Source: Anthoceros angustus (Eukaryota > Plantae > Anthocerotophyta). From it: a DNA stretch of 64,000 bases. Positions 36,064 to 50,305 of the stretch are shown here, one piece after another (position 1 is the stretch's first letter; each line of letters begins with the position of its first letter). The notes under the pieces are model-generated. The model saw nothing but the letters and a program-made list of their open reading frames with translations. It did not search any database and had not been told where the DNA came from. The stretch covers positions 2,046,001-2,110,000 of the forward strand of contig MU008159.1 of assembly GCA_010909165.1 (NCBI GenBank). The letters run 5' to 3'. Both the position numbers and the translations under genes were made by a program.

Positions 36064-37379
36064 CGTTGAACAAGGTATTCCTTGCTCGCAAATGGTCTCC
36101 AACTTGAACTGCCTTCAAGTTTGTGCAAGCCTCACGCACATTCTTCAACAACAATGCTCCTAGTTGGATCTCTTTTGCATCCTTTGTAGCCCCGCCTATA
36201 CAACTTGAGAAGCCGTGTATGCGGTAAGGCATAAAACTGATTACAGTGTACGAGCCACTTCTTGCTTGACGCACCGAGCATTCCCTAATACCAGATTATC
36301 GCAAGAGCCCGCCTCTATGCTTCGCACACGGGTGTTGATGTTTTGATGCCTCTCCTTCAACTCTCCCGAGCATCCTCCCTACTCTCCTTGGCGCTGGAGG
36401 ACGTGTCTCCTCGCTTAACATCCGCCTCCCGCCCACCTCCAAGATGTATCCCTACCCTTCTTCCTCCCACACTGACACCACTTCACGTGAAGCACCTTCA
36501 CCAGAATGCTTCCGCTGTCATACCGACGACGCTTGGCACGCCCATCGACTCGTTGTTGGGAAGGTGACCGAGCCATAGCACCGTCCCTGTACCAAGAGTT
36601 TGAAGGCACCACCTCCAACGCCACGGCACTATCCACCGTATTTGAAGCAAGACACCGCCCCGCACTATCCACCAACCTGGCCATGACCTACTTGCAACTT
36701 GTAGCGCCGTCTCAACCTCGATCCGCTCCTTCCACCACGCCCCGCATGTAGACTGGAGCTTGTCACGATTAACACCTAGCCTACAGAGTTCAAGTTGAGT
36801 TCTACAGTACCTAGGTCATTTGCCAGCACAATTGGCGGTATGCACGTACTCGATCCGCTCCTTCCACCACGCCCCGCACTCGTAAATGATATTCTATGTT
36901 GACCATAAATCCGACCAGGATTTTTAAACTCGCAGATTTCAAGGCAGGCGGGCGGGCCTGCCTCGGCCACGGTTCGTGAAATGAAGCGGCAAAAGGCCAG
37001 CTATGTGGGGACATTGTCCTTTTTCAAGTTGAATTTTTTAAGCATATTTTAATAAACCATTCTTTATTAAATTTTAATCCTAGATAAAAATAGACATTAC
37101 TATAACATGTAAAAAAAATCAGACAAGTTGGAAAAGAAATGAATTTTTTATAATTGTAGACATTGCCTGAGGACAAAATAAGAGCGTTTCAACTGTTTCT
37201 AACTAAAATGAGCACCTAACCATGCTTACACCCTCTTCCCCTTGCTTTAGATTGTGTGCATCGAAAACTCACCTTGTAAATTGCCACGTTGATGGTGTAA
37301 AACTACAATCCACCCCTAATTGTTTTTACATCAAAACTCACCTTGTAAATTGCCACGTTGATGGGGGGTGCGCAAACTA

Positions 37380-37478
37380 CAATCCACCCCCCCTAATTGT
37401 TTTTTACACTGTAAACTAAAGGGAGTAGGATCAGAGGTCCCATTTACAGAGGAATCCCTGATTAGGGGGGGGCGATTG
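37380..37478. mobile_element. 99-bp internally deleted MITE of the same family as 872-1413
   Basis: TIRs CAATCCACCCCCCCTAAT / ATTAGGGGGGGGCGATTG with TA on both sides. The interior (reverse complement) GGATTCCTCTGTAAATGGGACCTCTGATCCTACTCCCTTTAGTTTA matches ~908-950. Confidence 0.85.
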
Positions 37479-37519
37479 TAGTTTGCCCACCACAAACCCT
37501 AGTAGCGGAAAGCAAATAC

Positions 37520-38011
37520 ATAACGGATAACTTACAATATGGTCAAAGACTGGTTGAAACTTTGCGATGTCGTCTGCTGTAGAGTGCTTCGGGTATTCTC
37601 TCCCGACTTCAGCAAATGAATTACACCGCAAACCTGAACAAAAAGCAACTTGGATCACATTTAATTTTTTTGCCTTAATGATCCACGTCTTCATGACGCT
37701 CACGCTTAGCTCGCTTTGAATAACTTTCTCCAATGTCGATAGCATTATACGTTCGCCTCCCTCTCCAAGAGGCATACCCTAGAAAACTTGCCAGTTCGTC
37801 GCATGCATTGCCCTTTAATGAGATTTGTGTCACATGCTGCTAGTTGGTCTGGGCCTCCACGCTTTGATTTACCTCTTTTGCTTTCCTTTTTGCGATTGTC
37901 TTGCTCAGGCAGCTCACCCTTCTCCCAAAGGTCGAATACTTCATCCACCCTTTCCCAAATATGCGCAGGGACACTCGCAATGCATAGCACAGCGGTTTTT
38001 TGATTTACCAA
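37520..38011 (-). pseudogene. Second, inverted fragment of the ParB-like accessory ORF
   Basis: LCIASVPAHIWERVDEVFDLWEKGEL and RCNSFAEVGREYPKHSTADDIAKFQPVFDHI|gtaagt match 33270-33710 on the + strand, including the same splice donor. Confidence 0.75.
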
Positions 38012-38176
38012 TATCTGGGTAGAAAAGGGTTTCTCCGGCGAAAAGGGGTTATGCCTAAAATCTCATCTTTTTTTGGGGTGAAGATAATCAGAACCGTCAG
38101 TTATATGTTATTTCTGCATGTTCGCCGTTCATCCTATACAAGCGTTTTTGTTAGAAAACGGATAGCATGAGATGAG

Positions 38177-38328
38177 TGCGCAAGCTTGTTTGCGCACCCA
38201 ACGTGATAGTGTGCAAGCTTGTTTGCGCACCCAATGTGATAGTGTGCAAGCTTGTTTGCGCACCCAACGTGATAGTGTGCAAGCTTGTTTGCGAACCCAA
38301 TGTGATAGTGTGCAAGCTTGTTTGCGCA
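38177..38328. repeat. 33-bp minisatellite x~5
   Basis: GCAAGCTTGTTTGCGCACCCAA(C/T)GTGATAGTGT starts at 38180, 38213, 38246, 38279 and 38312. Confidence 0.9.
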
Positions 38329-38944
38329 AAATGAACAAGAAGATCTAGGTGCGCAAACATGTTACTCGGGGGCAAGAAGACTCAGGTGTGCGCACCTAGG
38401 GACAAGGGGGTCCAGGTGGGCGAACAAATGCATGCACCAGGAGACAAAGGCGCCTAGGTGGGCGAACGAGTGCACGCACCAGGGGCTAAGGGGCCCAGCT
38501 GGGCGAACAAGTGCGTGCACCATGGGGCTAAAGGGCCTAGGTGCGCGCACTAGTGTCAACCAAATGTGAGGAAGTGCATTTTCTTATCAGATCAGCCATG
38601 TACGCGTTTGTAGCATAAGAACGAGCCCGCCTCGTACCAAAATTCGCATCACGATCAATTTCAAATGGTTAGTTGAGATGTTCAAGCCAAGCGCATTCCA
38701 TACATGGATGAGGGCAAGAGCCGCTCTTGAATATAATTAGGGGACAAAATTGACTGGATTGTTCGTACATGGGGGTGATAAGTTACATCACCCCTTTAGA
38801 GTCATCAATGGCATGTAAAGACTCAATGGAACCTTTTCGACCTGGCAACGTCGATCCGTGCTTCCAACTAATTTATGAACATACTAGACTTTCCTGAGAA
38901 AGTGGTGCGTGGTTGGTTAGTGTACAATGGAGGCGCAAAACCCC

Positions 38945-41900
38945 TCAAGATGTTTCATAGCTTGACAAAACTGCGTCTGTGTGCACTGTAAACAGCTGGG
39001 TGTCTGCAAATAGCTGCCAATTGAGGTAACAGTTCAGAGAGTTAAAATCCTATTCAGAATGAGACTTTTGGGGCTGTTGGGACCACCTAGAATTTGGCGC
39101 AAACATTTCAATGCAGCCATAGGAACATAAAAGATGGGATACAGTACCTTGATGAAGGGCCGGTCCCTGCTAGCAAATGAGTCGATAAAACTCTCCTTCA
39201 GAAGTAGGGACACCTGATAAGAGAATACAAGGGAAATTGGCACCCACGCAAACTGAAATGTGATAAAGCACTGATCAACATGAACTGCACAGTGCACAAG
39301 CTCAGAGTGACATACCCTGTCATTGTTTGATTGTACATTGGTGATGGTATGCGAACGCAGGTTCATGCAAAGAGAGTCCAAGTAGCTTTTCAGAACTGCG
39401 AGAAATCCATCTGCTGCTTTGACCTGCATGCAATTATTTTGAGGCAGATTACTTACAAATGCTCTTGTATTATAGCCGAAGGAACTAAGAACCTAGGACA
39501 GCAATACATACCTGGGCGTCATTGTTCTCATTCACTGGATGTCGCTGTGCTGAGCTACTTTCAGCAGCTAGTTTGGCATGATAAGGCTCCAGAGCACTTG
39601 CAAGCTCTTTATGGTGTGGAAGTGCTGGCATGGATGACAATTTCACCTGCATCACTCAACATCATCACATAGGCGCTGAGTTTGTAAATAGACGCATTAT
39701 AGTTGGTCATACTTTGTGACATTACAGCTGGTCATACGGCAGGACATCAAGGTGCCGAACAATAAAACACCACCTTATTTTTGTCCACATTTATGCGAAT
39801 TAGGCTAGAAGATTTGGCCTGTACTTCAGGATATTTGTATTGAACACCAACCTGTCAGAAAGCCCAGCCAAACTCAGCACTGAGAACACATTCGTCCTCT
39901 ATTTTCAGCAACAAGTGGGAGATAAAAGTGTTACCACGAAAGGCACAGGAGCATCAAGAAAGTCCAGCATCTTGCTTGGAAGTACCTGCAAAACAAGATA
40001 CCCAAGGGGATTCAATATTTTCATTTTTGGTGATCAGTCATCCAACTTGTGCTCAGAGTTTAAATGTACCGGCAGCAAGAGACTCTGCCATTCATATGGC
40101 CGAAGCATTGGGATCAATGACAGAACAACTCCTGATAGCACCCCCTGCACTTGCAGGACATCAAAAGTATTGATCAGAAGCTCAACAGGCAACAGGTACA
40201 AACTGGGTGCCAGATAACTGGAGGAGTTGGGATTTTACCAGGTTCGAACAGACTACAACCATTTGCTTCTCCAGCAAAGTGCTGGCAAACATAGCTAGAA
40301 TCTAGAACAACAACCAAATTGGATGAGTTACAGTGATTTTATCGGGGAATGCAGCACTGACATGGTCAAAATCGAAAATATTTTACATTTTCAAGGGAAA
40401 GGACTCTACAAACAGTCGCTGTCGCCCATACAGCAACAGACAACGCTTCTTCAGCTGCCATTGCTGCTGCATGTGCCTGATTCAATCATAAAGTCGGTAG
40501 AAACAGGTTAACCATGCTATGCATTTGTTTCAATATCACAACACCCACGCTAATTTAAAAGCTGTGGCACAAGTAGCTAAGAGCCTTAGATGCACATCAA
40601 ACAGGCAGTTCCAAATAAGGACCAGTAATGATGCTAAGAAGCAAATACCTCAGCAGCTTCGAGATTGGTCCTGAAAGTTTTTCGTGCCAAACCCCATCCA
40701 GAAACAGCTGTCAATCGTGTAAAGTTGATGGGTTGTACATGGCTCAATGGTTGAAAATCCATGGAACTTCCACGCTCAGGAATTGGTGTGCGATGATAGG
40801 CGCAAATAATCCGTAAAGAGTCATTATTGTTGGCCTAACAAACCCCAGCCGATTGTTATGAGCCAGCGTTTTACAAACATGAGGAGAAGCACCGGCTATT
40901 AACATTTTCCACCAGTTAACGTACCTCAGCCCAGGCAAGAACAGCATCAACACCAGTGTCTTCTTGACCAGAAGCTACCTCGTCATCATCTTCATCTTCA
41001 GAATCCAAGCTCCGCAGAGAGCTCTCTAACATACTGCAACCGAGAAAAGCAATGTGAATCTCGATGTAACATGCAATCTGGGGCAGACAGCCTCTCTGAG
41101 AAACGTGGACAATGATTTGAAGTATGTCCAACTATCAGCTGGTGGCCTGATTTTGAACTCATTACCTGTAGTTTGATTCCGAACTGTCTGCTCGTTCATG
41201 ATGTGGCTGGGGTCGGGGCAATGGCGAGATGGTCTCCACTGCAGAGCTTGAGGCAGCAGAGTCTACTTCCCTAGCAGCTTCTAATGGGGAGGCCTTGCCA
41301 AAGTTTTGGCTTCTGCCAATTTCATCTTCAGGGTGGATTTTCATATCCTCTCTAGCACCATGACTGATGCTCTCTTTAAGAGTTGACGTGACTTCAAATC
41401 CTTCGGAAACCTCATGCTCCTCAGAGGACCTCAATAGGGAGCCTGACCGTGCGGACACAAAATCAGCTGACACATCTGGAGAGGCAGGTGCTGATCCTTT
41501 AGAAAAGGATTTCACTCTTTCCTCAGATATCAGACCGGCAGCTGCTGCTGTAGCTCCCAGCACAGAGTCAACAGGGATTGCATCTTCCATCCAACCGTCA
41601 GGATCGTGTCTTGATGGAGAAGCATTGCCATTACCCTTGCTGCCCATTTTAACCATTGGAGGCACAGCATCTAGAAAAGTCATCTCACTTACACACTTTG
41701 TTATCCTGTCCAGCCGCTCCTGTGCAATGATGCTGCAAAGGATATGTGCACATGAGAGGACAGGACAAAGCTTACAAAACGGAGTGCCTATAGCTATAGA
41801 CTTTAAGTGGAACAACACCAGAAATGTTAGCTCACCTGTTTAGAACCTCAAAATGAAGGTTGAAGAAGGGCAATTTTGTAAGGATGCAATAACATCGAGG

Positions 41901-43613
41901 TGCTGAGACTAAAAAACGACCAGTTGGAGAACTTGGGGGTGACATTGCTGTGCTAAGGGACAGGATTCCTGGTAGTCTCTGTACAATTTCTTGAACTAAT
42001 ACACAAACTCCGTACAAGGTTGCATTGTCCGCCACCTACAAATCACACTAACAAGTGAATAGGCAGACACATCACTAAAACAGGACCAAGCTGAGGCAAA
42101 GACGCACCTTCAGACGAAAAATGAAAGAGAGATCATCCCTTTTCAAATGAGCCTGGAAAAAAAGAAACAATCATTAGGCTTAAGGCCCCTCATCACCATC
42201 CTGCAGCCGGAAGTGACCATGGCAGCATATAAATTAAGTGCCCACAGGTGGGTAGTTGGTACCTGGCCATACATAACTTCATTCAGCTCACTCATTGAGG
42301 GAGTCCTCTCCATCAGCTTTGCCTGCCAGTGAGCACCATTGTCATCCTCAACTTCCTTACACTCACAATGTCAACTCAGAAAAGCTGGCTGGCATGCCCC
42401 TTGAATCTAGCTACAGCAAAGTGTCATTTCTTGTCAGCCAAAAGCAAACAAAACTCTCAACTGTAGCTTGCGCAAGTACCTCAACGCCTCCTGGAAAACA
42501 AAATGCAGGAAGATCTTTGCTTTTTAATGGCAGCCTCTTGTTTGGTGGGAATTTGAACAAGACCTACACCAAAAACATGGATGAACATGCCAAAACCGTC
42601 ACAGCAATCCTTTAAGGCAGAGAAAGTCAAGAGTATTACATGCAACACCAATCATGGTGAAGCGTACCCTTGAAAGCTACAAAGCACCCACAGCTCTTTC
42701 AGCTCATTTCATACTTCTACAGAGGAAACAGAATGAAAAATCAAACTACTTGGCAAGCATGGACTGCATCTCATCAAGGTCACACAGCATGCCACACCTT
42801 TCTATTGTCAATATTCCAATATCACGTTCTGCCTACACTATTGAGAGCTTAGACAAAAGAGCACCTGCGGCTCGAGCATTGAAACAGGAGGAGCCCGCTT
42901 TTGCATGACAACTTCTCCCACAAGCCTCTCTACTTTGTCTTGAAGGTCCCTTTCCCAAGCTTTCTTCCTGGCAAATGCTGCCTCTGTTGCCTGGACATTG
43001 GTGTTTGGATGCAATCCAACCACCACGAAGTGCTCGAAAATCGCTGTGGGCTCCTTTCTAGGCCTCCGTTCCTGCCACCTTCGCCGTCAGCCGGTACACA
43101 AAGAGGAAAATGCACACTCTGACAGCATGCTACACACATTCCTTCAGACAGGAGCAAACAATTCTCCCAAATCCTGGTCAACGTACTGTGGCTCTAAGAT
43201 GTTACACCATGCGTTCTAAGACGACTACACAGTGCGTCGCAGTGAAAAAAACAAGACTAGAAACAAGCATATTACATTTTCTGGGTTTGCCTTTAGAATC
43301 ATACCAGAGCTAAGAGTTGGAGGTCACTCCATTGGCGCTTCTGCTTAGTGAGCACTTCCGGATTGAAGGAATTCTTCCTGCTACCCTCTCCTGAATTGGC
43401 ACTCCATTTCAAGACTTTCTGCAGCTGCCTTCTCCACTTGTTCAGACTGCTGCCACTGGGGTGCTTCGAAGATATAACAATGGAAGGACGAGGGCGAACA
43501 GCGGCAGCTGCAGCTACAGCCGCCCTTGCTACCTCCTCCGTAGTTTGTTGAAAGAAGGAAGGCCGGCGATCAAGTTGATTAGAGCTCGAACTGTCAGCCA
43601 TAACATTGTTCAT
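38945..43613 (-). CDS. DENN-domain protein (uDENN/DENN/dDENN, putative Rab GEF), multi-exon
   Basis: Exons encode FEHFVVVGLHP..LEPQ, KDLPAFCFPGGVE, ERTPSMSELNEVMYGQ, VADNATLYGVCVLVQEIVQR..APRCYCILTKLPFFNLHFEVLN, LLEKQMVVVCSNL, LIPMLRPYEWQSLLLP, LDFLDAPVPFV and FADTQLFTVHTD. Introns are GT-AG and the stop is at 38945-38947. Confidence 0.92.
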
Positions 43614-45797
43614 GGACACCTGAAAGTAACAGTGATGTCTACCCACTTCTGGAGGGATGCCCTGTACCCCTAAACGAGCTAGGACAGCCCATGCTCTGGT
43701 GAAAACCACGAGCAGGGGCGATGCATAAAGCGAGCCAACCTTAGCGATGAAATATGTTCATCCCATTCCAAGCGAAATACATACTTGCTCCCTGTCACAC
43801 CAGGTGGCAAATGAGAAGCAACTCTAGGGGCTGTCGGCAACATACACCCGGCCCCCCTCTCAGAGGGCTGCCTGAGACCCATCAAACATATAATCCTTGA
43901 AACATGCACAACATTTTGAGGTTATCCAACTGAACAACATGCTCACCACTGGAAATTGGACAGTCCAACGGGCACACGCTGTGGAGAGTGCAACCAACCC
44001 TAATGAACCCGTTGCTCTGACACCTTCAGCCACTCTCCTAAGCTGGCTGAATGAGCCCAAGCTCCTGAGGAACCAACCCCGTCTGTATGCCAACCCCAAC
44101 GGTTGCACACTCCATATACGACCGTCCCCACCACAAGCAAAGTACGGAAGGAATTGGATGGTACAATGCGCAGCCGCCCACCGGCGCAACCAGCACAGCT
44201 ACACAGGGCTCCGAAGCGCACCCAAACACAAGTGCAGCCTCACTAACCTTCCCTCACCAATTGGCCGCAAACCAATTCCTACACGAGCTGTGGCCAAAGG
44301 CGATGCCTTTCTGATCGACCGTGCAGCTGATCCCAACAGAATTGAGCACGCCTGATGAGCCGTGGCCAGCAACACAGACGCAGAGCCGCAGTTTCAGCCA
44401 GCCGAAAGACAAAAACCCTGGATGAAGCAATTTAGGCAGAGCAATCCGGGGACACGCTCCGAGTCCGCGCAACCCACAAAGCTCCAAGGAAAATGCTGCA
44501 CCAAACTGGCTTGCTCGACCGGAAGCAGGGCTACAGAGCTCCGCCCGCAGGACTGGTGCTCTCTCCGCGACTGCCACGCCACTCCTGGACGCCGCCAACA
44601 AGAGTCGCTGCCAAGTAGACTCCCACAATCGCCTCCACCCCGTGCTGGTTCTGGTTCCAGTGCTAGTGCTAGTGCTAGTGCGCGCTGCTCTCCGTTAGTG
44701 CGTTGGTGTTTGTGTGCATGTTTTTTTGTTGGTCGGGTCACTTGGCCTCCCCGACCTCGTAACTCAACAAGTAAGCGTCTGGATAGAAATCATGTAGACT
44801 ACCCACAGTTGCCCCAAGCGGGCTATTCATGTTGAATGGCTTACGGCTGATCCTATTCCGGCATCCGGCACTCGGGTCTGTGTAATGAAATATGGGAAGC
44901 ACCAAGCATGGAAGATTCCTCTCTCATCAGCAGAGATTCAGAAGCTCCCGTTTCAGGAAGGCCTGCTAACTTGTCATGATGCGAGCTACAAATCTGGCAG
45001 ACTTTGGAGACGAACAATCGCGCCAGAAACGGAGCCTCAACCGGCTGCGAGGCACTGGCAAGACTCGCATGCCTATATTAGACCGGGTTGCCAAATTCGG
45101 CAAGACACACTCTCGCAACGCATTTCCCCGACCCGGGTGCGTGTCACAGAGCTCCAGGTGGCTGCCTCCGACACCTCCTCTTTCCTCGACCTGCACCAAG
45201 TAGGTTTACACATGGAGCCATGGCCTTCACACCGGAAATACCACCCTATCTCCCCGACTGCCCACGAAGCGCCGTCACGCATACATTGGCATGTATGATG
45301 TACGTTCACCTTGTCGTGGACGGTTCCCCCAAACTTTGCCCCGAGTGCTTCTGTCGCGCTCTAGAGTACAACTGTGTAAACACCATGCGGGATAACACAA
45401 AGCAGAACTTGCCAACAAATAGGTACACTCCACATCTCCTATACCAAAGCTCTGTTGTCTCCCGGAGAACCCCAGGACGCGCTAGGTACATATTTACTTT
45501 GGTAGCATCAGTTCATACAAGATCGACCATTGACGAAGTAAAAAGTCACATCCACAAGTACACCTACATGAAACTCATTAAAATTCATAAAACATAGGGA
45601 CGCTTTATCTGGATAGCTTGAAACGGATGTACAATCCACCTCTATAGAACCGCTTGGAGAGATTCGGACCTCCAAGGAGCAAGGGACCTTTGGGGAAGGG
45701 GTAGGTGACAGCAGACAGCAGTCACGCATTTGCCGCTTTCTCAACAACGTGATAAACTAAAAGGGCCTTCAGCTCTCAGGCACTCAGAAGCTGATGC

Positions 45798-48264
45798 TCA
45801 TATTCTCTCTCCGTCAAGTAGCTGCAGCTGAGGGAGAGCTTCAAGTAAGGACTGCTTGAAGTGCTTAGCCTTAGCAGCTGGGTTTCCAGTTGTGTTCAGT
45901 TCCAGTAGCAGCATGCCGCCAAACACAGCCTCAACTTCCCACAGCCCTGCACACCTAGGGTTAGGTGGAGAATCACGTCCCTTGGAGTTGTTGGCCAATC
46001 TAGAATGGCAGAGGTATCTGCAAGGGTCCACACTGTGACCGCCAATGGCGTTGTAAGAGACGTCTAGTGCTCGAAGTCCGTGGATACAGCGCAGAGGTCC
46101 AAGAGCTGTAACACTGGGAATGAGGTTGTGGCTGATGTTCAGGCTAGAGAGGACTTGTAAAGATTCAATACCTAGTGGACGGCCAACAAAACAGAAAAAG
46201 AGTCAGCGCCCAGCATTGAGAGGTAAACAGGCCCCGAGAGACAAACATCCTTTAGGCCGGAAAACACTCACCATCTATTGACCGTAACTTGTTATGACTC
46301 AGATCAAGTTTCTGAACAAACGACAAACTCTCAGCGCCAGCAAATCTGGTCAACGAGAGATGGTCCAACTGGTACCAGCCTGACTTTGCTTTCTCATCAA
46401 TGTTTCCGAGTTCACAGATTTTCTGCAGACGAGGCCCAACACTCACAACCACTGAGCAGGGCCTAAAGTTCCCGAAGGAATAACAGAAAAATGCATCAAT
46501 TTGAGAGTAGCACATCATGTCTACTACCTCATGAACTTGGAGTAAGCTGTGTTGATCCCAATAAAAAGCAGCGTGTGCAGGGTCTAGAATTGCCAATTCC
46601 TTGTACAGCTCCATCACTTCGATCGAGTGTTTGCCAGGTGGGTGGGCAAAATTCCCTGCCACAATCGTGTCCTCTGCAGTCAAGAACCTCGCCAGAGTGA
46701 GCTTTGCCCATTTGCTGCAAGCAACAAGACAGCCAATCACGTTATATCACACCACCAAACTGCCTTCTTCGACTTAAGGATTCTGAGACAGCAGCTTAAG
46801 GACAGGCTTCCTGCCCAACCTGTCCGTTTCTAGACTAAGAAGCTCCCTCAAGGCACCAATTTCCCTAGGTATAACAAGTTGCTCCCACTTTGACTTCACA
46901 AAACCTCCGGGGTGAAGGACTTCGTCATCATGACCACCAGTCACATTGGAACCAGTGGAAGCAACAGTCTGAGCCAAGAGCCAGGATTGGTAGAACCAGG
47001 CACTTTGATCATCAGGTTCTGTATAAAAGGCATTTTGCACCAGCTTGTACTCTTCTTCCAGGATATTCTGCCGCTTTCCGTCCTGCGAGTCCTGTTCAAA
47101 TAGCTTGGACAGCAGAGCACTGCAAAAGGACAACTATTCAGGCTGCTTTTAACCACTACATTGGAAGGTTGCCATTTGCAAAACAAGGTCTAGATGCGGA
47201 CCTGCGATTGTGCCAGGCAGAGTAATTGCTGAAATTTTTTTCAATCATCTCTTTGGTGAATGCAAGCTCTTCATCCAGCGGGACTCCTTTCATCCTCACA
47301 GCAAATCTGAGAGGCAAACCGCATCAGGCCCATGGAAATGAGACCAACAGGAAGCAGAGACCACTTGGGATGCCAGCCAACTAACCTTCGGTAATCCCAA
47401 CCAAGAAAGTTTCTTTCATCCAGGTTCTGCAACTTGGACAGCAAAGCAAACTCATGATCCAGCTCTGAAAGCCCCAAGCTAATGACCCACTTGCGATGAT
47501 GCCACGCTCCGTACGACTTATAATTCCTGAGCAAAGCTCTCTGGACCTGCCTTCAGAACATGGGTATCACGGAAGACTGTCATAGGTCTGGCAAGACAAT
47601 CAATCTGAACCCAGAAACAACTCAGCCACAACAATTTTGAATCACATCTAAAAGTAGTGCTCATTGGCCTTGGCATTGTCCGACCAAGGGCATCACCGTG
47701 AGAAGAAAAAGCATTCCATCAACAAGCCTGTCCGTAACCGATACAAGTTCGGGCCAGTAAAATACCACGCGGAGCTCCTCGTCGGCAAGTTTTTTTCTCC
47801 CAGCTTCTTCGTCCTCCTGCTCCATAAGATGTTTCACAGCAAGCTTCCGGAAGTTCCATGCCGTGTAAACTTCAGGATTCAACTCAACTAGACGGGCATT
47901 TTGCTCGAGTGCTTCTTTAGTGTAGCTGCACATTCAGTTACCCAAAGTTAGTCAATCGGAGGGAATGGATGCAGATGAAACCCAGCCTACCAATCGAACA
48001 GAGCAAACCGGAAAGTACTTAGAGCTTAGCAGACCACCACTGCGCCGGCTAGTTTCCTGACAGTGTTGTCAACCCAACTTCTCAAACCACATGAAGACGA
48101 CCTGCAGGAATAACTTCATCGGTAATAGCAAACCATACATACCGTCGAGAGCGGTGATTCTCCTCAAGCTCATTCCACAGAGATCGCACTAGGGCGAACT
48201 TGGCCTTCTGCTCAGCCGTCGCGACGTGAACCTGCCCAGGACGCTGCCGTGGTCTGCCATGCAT
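45798..48264 (-). CDS. RGTA1: Rab geranylgeranyltransferase alpha subunit (PPTA repeats plus C-terminal LRRs), multi-exon
   Basis: MHGRPR start; ELNPEVYTAWNFRK, NYKSYGAWHHRKW, DERNFLGWDYRR, VQNAFYTEPDDQSAWFYQSWLL, LAILDPAHAAFY; LRR segments LDLSHNKL and LPQLQLLDG at the end. Confidence 0.93.
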
Positions 48265-48752
48265 GCTTGCTAGTCCCTGAGCTCCACCTTCGAGCTGGTA
48301 TATGAAGGCGGTAAGCAAAACCAATCAGATCAGGAAACCCAGTCGAGAAAGCGTCGGAATGGCAAACTCATTTGTTGCCCTTGTGCAAGTAGGGCAACAG
48401 TGTGGGGGCCACGGGGCCATGCGTTGGCGACATGTTTCGTTGAAGAGAGTAGATTTGTTGGACTTGGGTGAAGGCAAAACGCTGGTGGTTGGGCAACTGT
48501 TAGATGGATGTTATTGTTGTGCGATGAGTATCTCGGTAAAGGTATTGCCAACGTTGTTGGTAGGCAGAGGCGGAATTTCGCATGCCCTGTTCCTCGATGG
48601 TTGCTAGATTTCAGTATGAAAGTGTTTCACCTGGTCGCGATGCCTCTCTACCTGCCGTCAGCCTTCACAGTACCGTTCGTCTTTGGTTTTAGATAGACCA
48701 TGCGAAAGCATAGCTCACAGCGAAGTGTTGCTAGCAGCTACCATGTGTCCAA

Positions 48753-50305
48753 TTATACCGCGATGCATTGCTTGGATCGAAAAGCTGGGGGAGATATGAT
48801 CCTCAAAATCAGCTGTTCAAACCGTTGGGACCCCAAACCAGGGTTCAATATGCTATCGTCTCCTATCACCTTGCAAGGATCCTCAGCTCCAGTCGAATTA
48901 CCTTTACACCATCCACCTGGGGTGAAGCGGCCAGGAGACCGTCCCAAAAATTCCCTGTCTATTGTATCTAAAAGTGGCTCGTCTACGGCAAACTTCCGAG
49001 CAAAAGCAGCGCCGCTGTCTGTCATTTTCTGGAAATGCTTGGCATCAAGCAACTGTGGATGTTGTCGAGGAGGGTTGTCCCATGATATGTAGTGTAAATC
49101 ACTGTTGACAGTGGTGTTCCTGAACTCCGGAGAGTTGCAAATAACGGTGTGAAAGTAGCCCTCAGGTGAGGAAACAAAGTTTGCATAATACATGAGCACA
49201 GCCCGAGGAAGATTATCCCATCCCCAAATACAGAACTCCATAAATGAACGGGAGAGCGCCACCCAGGCTGAGCCTGCAAGTAGCAGAACCTCAGAAACAA
49301 GCGACGACAGGGACTAAAACACGTGCAGTCAAGTGTGCTGGAAAGACGGGAACTACAGTGGCAATCCCACTTATGGCCACGACGGACGCGTACCTGTGAA
49401 TAAGCGGAAGGAAGTAGGCAGAGACCGTCTCTCAGAAAGCCAGACTATGTCGCTCTTCGTTGACATGTATAAACCCGGATCCATGATGATTGGTTTTGCC
49501 CTTTGATTCCTGCACATGGAAGAAGTGAGCCTCAACCCTGAGGAACTGACAACATACTAAAAGGAGGATGAGAAGCAAGTGGAAGCTTACTCCATCCACC
49601 CAATGTCACTGGAATGGTGAATGAAATTGAGCTCCCTTGGCACGTAGGAAAGCACGTGCAGAAGATCTGCGAATTCAAGGAAATCTTTGTGGTGAGCAAG
49701 TTTGGAACGGCGTCGGGATTGGAAGAGAAAAGGTAGGCAGAGAACAGAAGGTTACCGTCTTGAGTGATGAGAGGGTAGTCGGAGGCACTGAGATTGATGA
49801 ACCAATCCCAGTGTAGGCTTTGCTTCAGCAGAATTGCAGCCCCATGCAGGGTGGTGGCAACCATGGAGGGCCCTCTGTAGGTGACCATATTTGACTTGCG
49901 TACGACGTGCACGTTGCCAACCTCCACGAAGGTAGAATCCAACTTGACATACCGATCCAGATCATCCCTCTCCTTGGTTGGTGCTTCAAGGTCTAGGTGC
50001 AAAACATACTGGTTCCTGGGATGATATATGGCCTGCAGCAGCCTTGTCATGCGTTGCCCGTGACCCTTGCTGCCCGAAATCAAGTAGGCCAATCTGGGGG
50101 GAGGTGGCGGGAGGTCCGCCGACGGCAGTTCCGCAGACGGCAGTTCGACCCCTTTCCATGTGGACTGCTGAACAAGTAAAGGTTGCGGTAACACAGAGGA
50201 GCGGATGCTGTTCGGAACGAACCCGAGAGTGAGAGTAGCGGCCATTATGAGAACGACAGATATCAGTGAGCTGACTATGAGGGGCATGAGACAATTTCGT
50301 TCCAT
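48753..50305 (-). CDS. GlcAT14: Beta-glucuronosyltransferase, GT14/Branch (core-2/I-branching) family, multi-exon
   Basis: N-terminal TM anchor, then [112 protein letters not shown] and FARKF. Confidence 0.95.
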
